Below, piece after piece: positions 55,983-64,000 of a stretch of DNA of 64,000 nt. Source of the DNA: Bythopirellula sp. (lineage in GTDB: Bacteria > Planctomycetota > Planctomycetia > Pirellulales > Lacipirellulaceae); NCBI GenBank assembly GCA_965216565.1, contig OZ244170.1, forward strand, positions 4,352,001 to 4,416,000, written 5' to 3'. Under the pieces are notes generated by a model, which was given only the letters and a program-made list of their open reading frames with translations, was not told the origin of the DNA and searched no databases. Each line of letters begins with the position of its first letter. Position 1 is the stretch's first letter. The position numbers and the translations under genes were made by a program.

Positions 55983-56186
55983 ATGCACCAAGACCGCAAA
56001 GTTATCATTCGAAAGTCAACACTTGCCGAGCAGGGTAATGAGACGGACCTCATGCACCTCTCTCCCGGCGAGAGGATGGGCATGATTGAACAGATTACAA
56101 TCGATGCTTGGGCCATGAGAGGCGAGAATATTGCTGAACAAAGACTACAAAGACATGTTGTCTGCCTTAAACGAGGCGGGAGTTGA
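55983..56186 (+). CDS. Small hypothetical protein, partner of the downstream nucleotidyltransferase-like gene
   Basis: LSPGERMGMIEQIT...RLQRHVV; extended -10 TGGTAGAAT 6 nt before ATG; overlaps the next gene. Confidence 0.65.
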   Translation: MHQDRKVIIRKSTLAEQGNETDLMHLSPGERMGMIEQITIDAWAMRGENIAEQRLQRHVVCLKRGGS

Positions 56187-56586
56187 GTACCTCGTTGTTG
56201 GCGCATTTGCGATGGCTGCCCATGACACACCTCGGGCAACCGTAGATATCGATATTTGGGTACGCCCCTCCAAAGAGAACTCACAGAAAGTGTGGAAAGC
56301 AATAGTCGAATTCGGTGCGCCACATAGCGGAGTGAGCGTCGATGACTTCAGCACACCCGATACGATTTTCCAAATTGGTGTTGCACCTCGGCGAATCGAT
56401 ATTCTGACTTCAATCTCAGGCGTTGAGTTTGAGGAGGCTTGGGTAAATCGGATGCACTCTACAATGGAGGCACTTCAAGTTCCCGTGCTTGGATTCGCCG
56501 AATTGATAGCGAACAAGCGCGCTTCAGGCCGTCCGAAAGACCTGGTTGACGCTGACTGGCTGGAAGAAAGACGCGGGAAAAACTAG
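56131..56586 (+). CDS. Nucleotidyltransferase-like protein (toxin-antitoxin-like pair)
   Basis: YLVVGAFAMAAH..PRATVDIDIWV, RIDILT, LIANKRASGRPKDLVD. Confidence 0.82.
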   Translation: MLNKDYKDMLSALNEAGVEYLVVGAFAMAAHDTPRATVDIDIWVRPSKENSQKVWKAIVEFGAPHSGVSVDDFSTPDTIFQIGVAPRRIDILTSISGVEFEEAWVNRMHSTMEALQVPVLGFAELIANKRASGRPKDLVDADWLEERRGKN

Positions 56587-56592
56587 TGTGCC

Positions 56593-56892
56593 ATGGCTAG
56601 CTCACCCGACAAAGCGCCGTTTCGCTTTTCGCTGCGTGCTCTGCTACTAACAACCACAGCGATCGCATTCTTAGCGGCATTGGGTGGTAGGGAATCGGGC
56701 AGAGTGTATCTGATGGTAATTCTGCTCGTCCTAGGATGGAGTGCTGTCACTGCGAGTCTTCTATCATCTGTGAGTCACGCGGATGTTCCAGGTTGGTTTA
56801 CCATTGCCCGATTAACGCTACTCTCGATCCTTGCCGTCATTTTCGGGCTATTGCTTTTGGACGTAGTGGCCCTCTACATCTACGATTCCTGA
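56593..56892 (+). CDS. Small 3-TM protein with RFSLRxLL N-terminal motif
   Basis: MASSPDKAPFRFSLRALLL; hydrophobic helices. Confidence 0.7.
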   Translation: MASSPDKAPFRFSLRALLLTTTAIAFLAALGGRESGRVYLMVILLVLGWSAVTASLLSSVSHADVPGWFTIARLTLLSILAVIFGLLLLDVVALYIYDS

Positions 56893-56947
56893 GCTTACTT
56901 TGCGCTCGGGACGATGTAAGTGTGAGTTTAAATTCGACATCGAAAAG

Positions 56948-57021
56948 CAGCCGCGATGCCACAGTTCACTCGCCGAGGCGAGCATCGCATGGCCCCCCGG
57001 CGATCCGTAAGATCGCGGCTA
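56948..57021. repeat. Composite double REP with inserted hairpin
   Basis: agccgcgatgccacagttcactcgccgaggcgagcatcgcatggccccccggcgatccgtaagatcgcggcta. Confidence 0.85.
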
Positions 57022-57064
57022 TTCTTCTGTGTAGACCGCTAGCCAGTGTTACAATATACGTGCC

Positions 57065-57472
57065 ATGGCTAGCCCACCAGACAACACGGAATTTCGCTTT
57101 TCGCTGCGGTATCTGTTTGGAGTGACAACAGCGATTGCAATCGTTGCTGCTCTTTGTGCAGGTGACTCTGATCTCGCAATGACACTTCGGCTCCTAATAG
57201 TTAGTTCGTCGGTAATTAGCATAGTTTTTTTAACTCCCGCAGCTTTCTGCAGTTGGCTTGCACAGGTCGACAATAAGTATCTGCGTTTCCCTCTCTTCGT
57301 TTGCTCATTCTGCGGTGTCATGTCTCTGCTGGTTGGAACGGTTTACTATTTGGGTCAAGAAACGTTCTACTACGGAGTCTCGTCATCTACTATCTGGGTA
57401 TTCGTTCTGGCTGGACTTAGCTTGTGCGGACTTGCAGTTTACGTTCGTAGCCGATATGCCCGTCGAAGCTAG
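57065..57472 (+). CDS. Small 4-TM protein with RFSLRxLF N-terminal motif
   Basis: MASPPDNTEFRFSLRYLF; N-terminus paralogous to 56593 at DNA level (gtgccatggctagc); TGTTACAAT just upstream. Confidence 0.7.
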   Translation: MASPPDNTEFRFSLRYLFGVTTAIAIVAALCAGDSDLAMTLRLLIVSSSVISIVFLTPAAFCSWLAQVDNKYLRFPLFVCSFCGVMSLLVGTVYYLGQETFYYGVSSSTIWVFVLAGLSLCGLAVYVRSRYARRS

Positions 57473-57507
57473 CGTATCGAGTGCACGCTTTTTCTCATCT
57501 ATCTCCA

Positions 57508-57561
57508 TAGCCGCGAGTCTACGACTCGCAGGCCCCCCGGCGACGCGTAGCGTCGCGGCTA
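57508..57561. repeat. Composite double REP
   Basis: tagccgcgagtctacgactcgc (identical to the RAYT-flanking REP) + ccggcgacgcgtagcgtcgcggcta. Confidence 0.88.
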
Positions 57562-57740
57562 CTTAATGCGCACGGATAAACTGCCCGCTAGCCCCGCTAG
57601 CACTCCTGCCTCCACGATTTTCTCTCCAGTCGCAGCACCTAGGCTGCCGATGTTAGCGACGATGGCACGGAACGCTGAAGCGATCCTCGCTATTGCCAAT
57701 TGAAAGGGGGGCCACCTTTCATTGGAATCTTATCTGCAAC

Positions 57741-58841
57741 ATGCGTGGGACGCTGCTCACTATCGCTGCTTTGGCCTGCTGCGTCGTTCTCTCGACGACC
57801 GGATGCCATCTGGTGCTGCCCAAGGTTTCGCATCAACCGGTGATTCGCAATCCGTTTCCGCAGTTGAGCCGTGTCGCGGTTGCACCGTTTTTCAACCATA
57901 GCGACGAAGCGACTCTCGACGCCCGTCAGTTCTCGATGGCCTACTTTGCCGAGCTGCAAGAGATTCCCGGCTTCGAGGTTGTGCCGCTCAATACGGTCGA
58001 AGAAGCAATCATTCGTCACCAAATCGATCTCAACGGACCGGGCGAAGCGCGCAGGCTTGCCGAAATTTTGGGCGTCGATGCTGTCGTGGTGGGCGGCGTC
58101 ACGGACTATACGCCCTATTATCCCCCACGCTGCGGACTGCGTGTGGAATGGTACACGGCCAACCCCGGCTTCCACGAAATCCCTGCCGGCTACGGCTTGC
58201 CTTGGAATACACCGCAGGAAGAGTTCATTCCCGATTCGCTCGTTTACGAATCGCAGATGGCACTGGCCCGCGCTCAGATGGCCACGCAAACCCCCGACTG
58301 CACAGGTGGCACGCACGCACTACCGGCACCTCCCATGGCCACAGAGGAGCCGCAATCCAGCGACCCGTTTGAGGCCGACGACCTACAACTCGCCCAAGCA
58401 GAGGAAGAATTATTCGAACCTGAAATGAACGAAGTGCCAGCAGAGGAGTTGTCTGCAGAAGGTATTACGAGCGGTTCAGAACAGACAACCCTAGAAGGCG
58501 GAGCAATCGCTACAACCGACATGTTGCCTACGAACTGGCCGGATGAAAGCTGTTTCGCACCAGCAGCACCGCAAGCAAACCGACCTGCTTGCGTGCCCAA
58601 TCATGGGCCGGTTTTGTCGCACACACGCATCTATCGGGGCACCGACCCAGACGTAACAGACGCTTTAAAAAGCTATGTTTACTACCGCGACGATGCTCGT
58701 TTCGGGGGTTGGGAATCGTACCTGCAGCGGAGCGACGACTTTGTTCGCTTCTGCTGTCACAAGCACATCGCCGAGATGCTGTCTGCGCGCGGAGGAAGTC
58801 GCAAAACCCGTGTGGTGTGGCGCTGGCCGGACGACCGATAG
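57741..58841 (+). CDS. Hypothetical lipoprotein
   Basis: MRGTLLTIAALACCVVLSTTG-C lipobox-like; RVAVAPFFN...LGVDAVVVGGVTDY alpha/beta pattern (LpoB/CsgG-like fold is a guess). Confidence 0.75.
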   Translation: MRGTLLTIAALACCVVLSTTGCHLVLPKVSHQPVIRNPFPQLSRVAVAPFFNHSDEATLDARQFSMAYFAELQEIPGFEVVPLNTVEEAIIRHQIDLNGPGEARRLAEILGVDAVVVGGVTDYTPYYPPRCGLRVEWYTANPGFHEIPAGYGLPWNTPQEEFIPDSLVYESQMALARAQMATQTPDCTGGTHALPAPPMATEEPQSSDPFEADDLQLAQAEEELFEPEMNEVPAEELSAEGITSGSEQTTLEGGAIATTDMLPTNWPDESCFAPAAPQANRPACVPNHGPVLSHTRIYRGTDPDVTDALKSYVYYRDDARFGGWESYLQRSDDFVRFCCHKHIAEMLSARGGSRKTRVVWRWPDDR

Positions 58842-59090
58842 AGTTTTCTAGGGCCAGATGCACTCTTGCACAAATTCGGTACGTTCGTTTCGACGAGCGA
58901 AGCCAGTTCAAGCGGTTTTGTCTTGCCCTACCCGAATCGCCGATTGGCCTGCCCGTGGTCAATTCGATCAAGTCGTTGGCGACAGACCTCGCCGCGGCAG
59001 ATCACCTCCCGCACGCCCTTGCTGCCACGGAATCGGCAACGTGGATGCATGGCTGCCAACAGACGCCTGCCGCACTGGAGCTGCAAAGTA

Positions 59091-59333
59091 GTGAACGACG
59101 ACGACATCAATGTACTTGCGTTAGTCAAGGGAAGCGAACGTTACATCTTTTTGTTCGACGATACCCAGCGCGCCGAGGCCCTGCGCACCCTGGGTCGCTA
59201 TGCCTCGAACCCAGATCTAAGCTTCACTTGGTACGACGCGGCTGTGCTCAGCCAAAAGGTGCGCCAAACGGGACCGGCCGACAAGTCGCTCAACCGCATC
59301 AGCCTGCCACTGCCGTCGGATCTCGAGGAGTGA
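59091..59333 (+). CDS. Small hypothetical protein
   Basis: GGAG RBS + GTG; DINVLALVKGSERYIFLFDD...LRTLGRYASNPDLSFTWYDAA. Confidence 0.7.
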   Translation: MNDDDINVLALVKGSERYIFLFDDTQRAEALRTLGRYASNPDLSFTWYDAAVLSQKVRQTGPADKSLNRISLPLPSDLEE

Positions 59334-59405
59334 TAGCCCACGGCTCGGCCGTGAGATCGATGCGGGTTGGTCAGTAATCCCCCGCCCAAGGCGAGGGCTA
59401 AGACG

Positions 59406-60305
59406 ATGCAACGACAGATATCTCGATTCCTTCAATACCTGCGAGTGGAGCGGGCTTCTTCGCCTCATACGCTGAAGGGCTATCGGGAAGACCTGGAAAC
59501 GTTCGTCGAATATTTCCAGGATGAGGACGGCGACTGTCCCGATCCGGCTGAGCTGACGGCTGTCGAACTCCGCGGTTTCCTCGCAGCGCTGCACGATGCG
59601 GGTTACGCGAAGACGTCGATCGCTCGCAAACTGGCGTCGCTGCGTAGCTTTTATCGCTTTGGTCAGCGTGAGGGCTGGGTCGATCACAATCCGGCCAAGG
59701 CATTGCGAAACCCACGCAAAGCCAAAAAGCTGCCGCACTTTCTTTCAACCGCTGAGATCGGCAAGCTGCTTTCCGCCCCGCCAAGCGACGAACCTCTGGG
59801 CTTGCGCGATCGGGCGATTCTAGAAACGCTCTACTCCGCTGGTCTACGTGTCAGCGAGTTGGTGGGCCTGTGCGATGGCGATCTCGACTTCGCACAGAGC
59901 ATTGTCCGCGTCCGCGGCAAAGGCCGCAAAGAACGGCTTTCGCCCCTGGGTTCCTATGCCACGCGAGCATTACGGCGGTGGATGAAAGCAAGAGTCTTGT
60001 CGTCCAAAGAACCGCACGACCACAAAGCGCCGGTGTTCGTCAACAAATTTGGCACACGTCTGACGGCTCGCAGCGTGGGACGTATGTTGGAAAAACATCT
60101 ACAGGAGGCGGGGCTCGACAATCGCACAAGTCCCCACACGCTGAGGCATAGCTTTGCGACGCATCTGCTCGATCGTGGCGCCGACATTCGTAGCGTGCAA
60201 GAACTCCTAGGTCACAAGAGCCTGGAAACTACGCAAATCTACACGCACGTCAGCACAAGCAATCTGCGAGCGGCGTACGAGAAGGCTCACCCTCGGGCGA
60301 GGTAG
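59406..60305 (+). CDS. xerC: Tyrosine recombinase XerC
   Basis: FLQYLRVER.SSPHTLx[67 protein letters not shown]. Confidence 0.9.
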   Translation: MQRQISRFLQYLRVERASSPHTLKGYREDLETFVEYFQDEDGDCPDPAELTAVELRGFLAALHDAGYAKTSIARKLASLRSFYRFGQREGWVDHNPAKALRNPRKAKKLPHFLSTAEIGKLLSAPPSDEPLGLRDRAILETLYSAGLRVSELVGLCDGDLDFAQSIVRVRGKGRKERLSPLGSYATRALRRWMKARVLSSKEPHDHKAPVFVNKFGTRLTARSVGRMLEKHLQEAGLDNRTSPHTLRHSFATHLLDRGADIRSVQELLGHKSLETTQIYTHVSTSNLRAAYEKAHPRAR

Positions 60306-60352
60306 CCGTGTGTTGCATGGCAACACGGCTGATCTTGTACCTAATTGACTTA

Positions 60353-60424
60353 TAGCCGCGATGCCACAGTTCACACGCCGAGGCGAGCATCGCAAGGCCC
60401 CGGCGATCCGTCGGATCGCGGCTA
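60353..60424. repeat. Composite double REP with inserted hairpin
   Basis: Near-identical to 56948-57021; a related hairpin tagccgtgtgttgcatggcaacacggct lies at 60303-60330. Confidence 0.85.
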
Positions 60425-60905
60425 TTCTGCAAAATACCTGTAACACCGTCTTGGGTTTTACGCTTGAACTCTCAGAGTAAGCCGTGTCGTCCCCGACCAT
60501 AGCTTACCGGAGAAATGCGTCGGCGGTGGTGGTTTTACACGTAAGCAGGCAACTTACCGGCACGAGGGGTGCCGGCCACATACCGCCGGCGTTTTTATCT
60601 AAATTTGCCCACGAATTCGATCTCCTCGGCATAACCCGAACCCTCAGGATGTTGTATTTCGAGACTTTGTTGACCACAGGCATCCCGCGACGTAGATATT
60701 TAGCGACACCGTTATCTAGCGACACCGCTATTTAGCGACGCCTAGGGCCGACCCTCCCCACCGGTAGCCACCAGTTTTGCGCCACTCCCCAGCGCCTTGC
60801 TACCGCTTCTCCTAGGCAAACGAAAACCAATTAATCGCATAGACTTGCGTTGGGGAGATCTGTTTTCAGGTTCCCGAGCGCCAATTGCCAAGAGAAGAGG
60901 GCGCG

Positions 60906-62282
60906 ATGCTAGAGGGATCCTTACTAGTTGTAGATGACGATCGTCAATTACTTGAATCGATGAGCGAATGGCTCGGCGGCCAAGGTCTCAAAGTCGATAC
61001 TGCTGACGGTTATGGCCCTGCACTCGAACAGCTCACTAAGCAAAAGTACGAGATGGTGCTTGCTGACGTCCGTCTTGGCGATGGTGATGGCTTCGATCTT
61101 CTAGAGCAAGTCCGCCGCAACTACCCGGAATGTCACGTCGTGCTGATGACTGGCTATGGCGACCCCGATGCCGCCGTGGAAGCTGTGCGTGCGGGGGCAG
61201 CCGATTATCTCACCAAGCCACTAATCAGCGACGAGCTGCTCTTGGTAATCGAGCGCGTGTTTAACGAACGCCAGGTAATCGCCGAGAACCACCAACTCAA
61301 GAAGCAACTCGATAAGCACTACTCACTCGACAACATTGTCGGCCAAGATTCAGGAATGCTGAAGGTATTCGAAATGGTCGAGAGTGTTGCCGAAACCAAG
61401 GCCACAGTGCTCGTCACCGGTGAGAGCGGTACTGGTAAATCGATGATTGCTCGCGCGATTCACCGTCGTAGTGATCGCAGCGGCAAACCGTTTATCGAAG
61501 TTGCCTGCGGAGCGCTTCCAGAGAATTTGCTCGAAAGCGAACTGTTTGGTCACGTCGCGGGCTCATTCACGGGGGCTACCAGCGACAAGACGGGTAAGTT
61601 TATGCAGGCCAACGGCGGCACGATCTTTCTTGACGAAATCGGCACCGCCAGCCCGGCTTTGCAGGTCAAGCTATTGCGAGTTCTGCAGGAGCTTCAATTC
61701 GAGCAGGTCGGCGGCAGCAAAACCTTCAAGGTCGACGTTCGTGTGATTCTAGCCACCAACGAAGACCTGGCCGATGCTGTGGCTGAGGGCCGATTCCGAC
61801 AAGACTTGTACTATCGTGTGAACGTCATCAATGTGGAATTGCCCGCATTGCGGCAACGTCGCACCGACATTTCGCTATTGGCTCAAACGTTCCTCGATCA
61901 GTTGCGGGACGATACCAACCGCAACGTGCACGGTTTTAGCGAAGAGGCGTTGGCGGTGCTTGAGAACTACCCCTGGCCTGGCAATATTCGCGAGCTGCAG
62001 AATGTCGTCGAACGTGCTGTGCTGTTGGGTAAGAACGAGGTGATTACTCCGTCCGATTTGCCACACGAACTAGTCGGCGGAAATACAATCAGCGTTTCGC
62101 GCGTGGGTTCGATGACGCTGAAAGAAGCTCTTGAAGAACCGGAACGCCAAATCATCCTCGACGTGTTGGAAGCGAACAATTGGAATCGTAACGCAACGGC
62201 CGACTCGTTGGGCGTGAATCGAACGACGCTATACAAGAAGATGAAGAAGCTGGGCCTCGAAGACCGTCAGACTATCAACTGA
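60906..62282 (+). CDS. Sigma54-dependent NtrC-family response regulator
   Basis: Receiver VVDDD...LADV; GESGTGKS, ESELFGH, GSFTGA, FLDEIG, FRQDLYYR, WPGNIREL; Fis HTH. Confidence 0.95.
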   Translation: MLEGSLLVVDDDRQLLESMSEWLGGQGLKVDTADGYGPALEQLTKQKYEMVLADVRLGDGDGFDLLEQVRRNYPECHVVLMTGYGDPDAAVEAVRAGAADYLTKPLISDELLLVIERVFNERQVIAENHQLKKQLDKHYSLDNIVGQDSGMLKVFEMVESVAETKATVLVTGESGTGKSMIARAIHRRSDRSGKPFIEVACGALPENLLESELFGHVAGSFTGATSDKTGKFMQANGGTIFLDEIGTASPALQVKLLRVLQELQFEQVGGSKTFKVDVRVILATNEDLADAVAEGRFRQDLYYRVNVINVELPALRQRRTDISLLAQTFLDQLRDDTNRNVHGFSEEALAVLENYPWPGNIRELQNVVERAVLLGKNEVITPSDLPHELVGGNTISVSRVGSMTLKEALEEPERQIILDVLEANNWNRNATADSLGVNRTTLYKKMKKLGLEDRQTIN

Positions 62283-62590
62283 GCGGGAGTTCGTAGAGCT
62301 AGCTAAGCCCTAATTCCCCGCGAGAGGTATTTTTGAAGTTTCTCGCGAATTCTTTTACGAATTGCTTGATTCCCCGGTGGGACCAGCTATAGTAACGGGA
62401 CATTGAGCGAAAGCGCTCTACCAGTTTTAGGCCCGGTTTTTAGGTCGGGCAAAACACGTTTTACCACTATTTTAAAGAATTTGAGTCGACCTACTGTAGT
62501 CAATCTCTTGCAGCTTTCTTAACTGCACAACCGGTTGAGACGAATCTCGTCTCCCGTTTTCACCATTATCTCTGCTACTAGGTAGGTTTT

Positions 62591-63736
62591 ATGTATACGT
62601 CATATGGGGACAGCTGCGCGCGCCATTTTGGTAGGGCAGCGGTGTTTGCTTGGGCTTGTTGCGTGCTCAGCATGATGAACACTTCCGTCACGCACGCTTC
62701 GTTTTTTCATTCTTCGGACGAACCGTCCATTGATATTCGGGTCGTTGATAAAGCGGGACCGATTTGGGTCGGTGACAAGTTTGTTAGCTCAGGTGAATTT
62801 GATTTGCCGGCGCTAGAGATCTACGAAACCTTTAAAGACCACGACAGTGGCGGTCCACTTTGGGCCGACGTCGAGATTAAAGTAACGGTCCGACGTCCTA
62901 GCGGTCATGGTGGCGGCTGGGGTGATTGGGGTTCTGGCTGGGGTTCAGGTTGGGGCTCAGGTTGGGGCAATAACAACAACGGCAATTCTGGTTGGGGCAG
63001 CGGTGGCTCGGGCTGGGGTAGTTGGGGTGGTTCCAATAGCGGTGGCTCGGGCTGGGGCGGCTGGGGCAGTAACGACAACGGCGACTCCGGATGCGGAAGC
63101 GGCGGATTTGGCTGGGGTGGTTGGGGCGATTCCGGCTGCGACTCGGGCGGTTCTGGCGATTCAGGCTGGGGCGACTGGGGGAGCGGTGATTGGGGCGGTG
63201 GTGACTGGGGTGGCGGCGATTGGGGCTGGGATTGGGGACATGACGATCCACCAGCAGACCCTAACTTTTCGCCCGAAAGTCTCATTATTGGCATCGACAA
63301 GTTTGTGAAGAACAAGACCAGCTCGCATTGGTTCGATTTCCGGATCGGTTTAGGAACTGGCTTGGGCGACGACTTTGAACCTTCCGATCCCGAAGACGGA
63401 CTCTACATTCTCTCCGATCCCGAACCGAAAGAAGTCACTTCGTTCTACGACGATCTTCCTGGATCTAGCGGTCCAGAGTCTTCTGAAGAGTACGAAATCG
63501 ACAGGCTGCAATGGTATGCCGATGGGCAGTCGCGGCCAGGACAGGGTTACAATGACAAGAGCGTGTTCTGGTTTGGAGTTCACATCCCCGAATACCTATT
63601 CGAGCAAGACTCGCATGACTCGGACGTGTGGCACGCAAAGTTCACCATTCGTCAACACACGGGAATTCCCGAACCAGCAACTGGTATCATCCTGTTGATG
63701 GGATCTTCCGCATTGCTGCTCAGAAGAAGAGAATAG
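62591..63736 (+). CDS. Secreted PEP-CTERM protein with a Gly/Trp/Ser/Asp low-complexity insert
   Basis: Signal peptide; ~110 aa of GWG/GDWG/SGWG repeats; IPEP + TM + RRR. Confidence 0.85.
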   Translation: MYTSYGDSCARHFGRAAVFAWACCVLSMMNTSVTHASFFHSSDEPSIDIRVVDKAGPIWVGDKFVSSGEFDLPALEIYETFKDHDSGGPLWADVEIKVTVRRPSGHGGGWGDWGSGWGSGWGSGWGNNNNGNSGWGSGGSGWGSWGGSNSGGSGWGGWGSNDNGDSGCGSGGFGWGGWGDSGCDSGGSGDSGWGDWGSGDWGGGDWGGGDWGWDWGHDDPPADPNFSPESLIIGIDKFVKNKTSSHWFDFRIGLGTGLGDDFEPSDPEDGLYILSDPEPKEVTSFYDDLPGSSGPESSEEYEIDRLQWYADGQSRPGQGYNDKSVFWFGVHIPEYLFEQDSHDSDVWHAKFTIRQHTGIPEPATGIILLMGSSALLLRRRE

Positions 63737-63763
63737 CCAAGTACGCAACTCAAGTACTCAACT

Positions 63764-63795
63764 AAGAGGGCTAGCGTAACTGCGTTAGCCCTCTT
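63764..63795. terminator. Hairpin terminator between convergent genes
   Basis: AAGAGGGCTAGCG-TAACTG-CGTTAGCCCTCTT. Confidence 0.7.
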
Positions 63796-64000
63796 GTTTC
63801 AATTGCGTCGGCTCGACATGCCGCAGGTCTTCAGCGAGAAAGTCGTTGGGAATCGGCTTGTCGTTCTCGGTAATGCGATACTGCAAACATCGCTCTTTGG
63901 AGTTCCAAGTCATTTCTCGAATCACGCCGGTGCGCGGCGTGTTGCGTTTACCGCGTGAGAGCACTTCTACCCAGTCTCCAATTTCGTAGCCTTCGCCGGA
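63785..64000 (-). CDS. Hypothetical protein, C-terminal part (SH3-like), starts beyond window
   Basis: Manual translation SGEGYEIGDWVEVLSRGKRNTPRTGVIREMTWNSKERCLQYRI...LAEDLRHVEPTQLKQEG*. Confidence 0.6.
   Translation of the reverse strand, partial: SGEGYEIGDWVEVLSRGKRNTPRTGVIREMTWNSKERCLQYRITENDKPIPNDFLAEDLRHVEPTQLKQEG

Noticed and set aside
59406..60305. Integron integrase or prophage integrase near the cassette-like array
   Set aside because: Sequence fits chromosomal XerC with no evident IntI-specific insertion; the repeats lack attC RYYYAAC/GTTRRRY ends; no phage genes
61555..61580. GSFTGA instead of GAFTGA as a sign of an inactive activator
   Set aside because: GSFTGA is a known natural variant in functional sigma54 activators
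62898..63315. Pro/Gln-rich antisense and alternate-frame ORFs
   Set aside because: Shadows of the Gly/Trp repeat region

Overview
A ~55-58% GC (estimated by eye) bacterial chromosomal segment, very likely a planctomycete (Pirellulales, Lacipirellulaceae-like). The evidence is DUF1559 prepilin-like genes, an LEPRxLL secreted protein, a BBP7-type outer-membrane barrel, an ECF-sigma/Ser-Thr-kinase pair, PQQ-like propellers and PEP-CTERM proteins. Housekeeping genes include dnaE, tadA, rfbB, a UDP-glucuronate decarboxylase, nadA, mutY, a split pntAB, an M32 carboxypeptidase, bshB1, xerC, an NtrC-type regulator and an MrfA/MrfB-like repair pair. Notable items: (1) a secreted 463-aa protein built of hierarchical Cys-rich repeats (~37% Cys per unit) punctuated by basic KKKR...RK amphipathic spacers; (2) a REP-associated HUH tyrosine transposase with a dispersed family of covarying palindromes that bracket small, apparently leaderless, cassette-like genes; (3) a recurring sigma28-like promoter motif (xxAAG-N16-NCCGATA) upstream of the fliN-like gene, the Cys-rich gene and surface-protein genes; (4) an orphan TadE/TadE/TadG cluster next to an adhesin and a beta-barrel. 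No rRNA, tRNA or CRISPR array was recognised. All calls come from reading motifs by eye; no database search was run.
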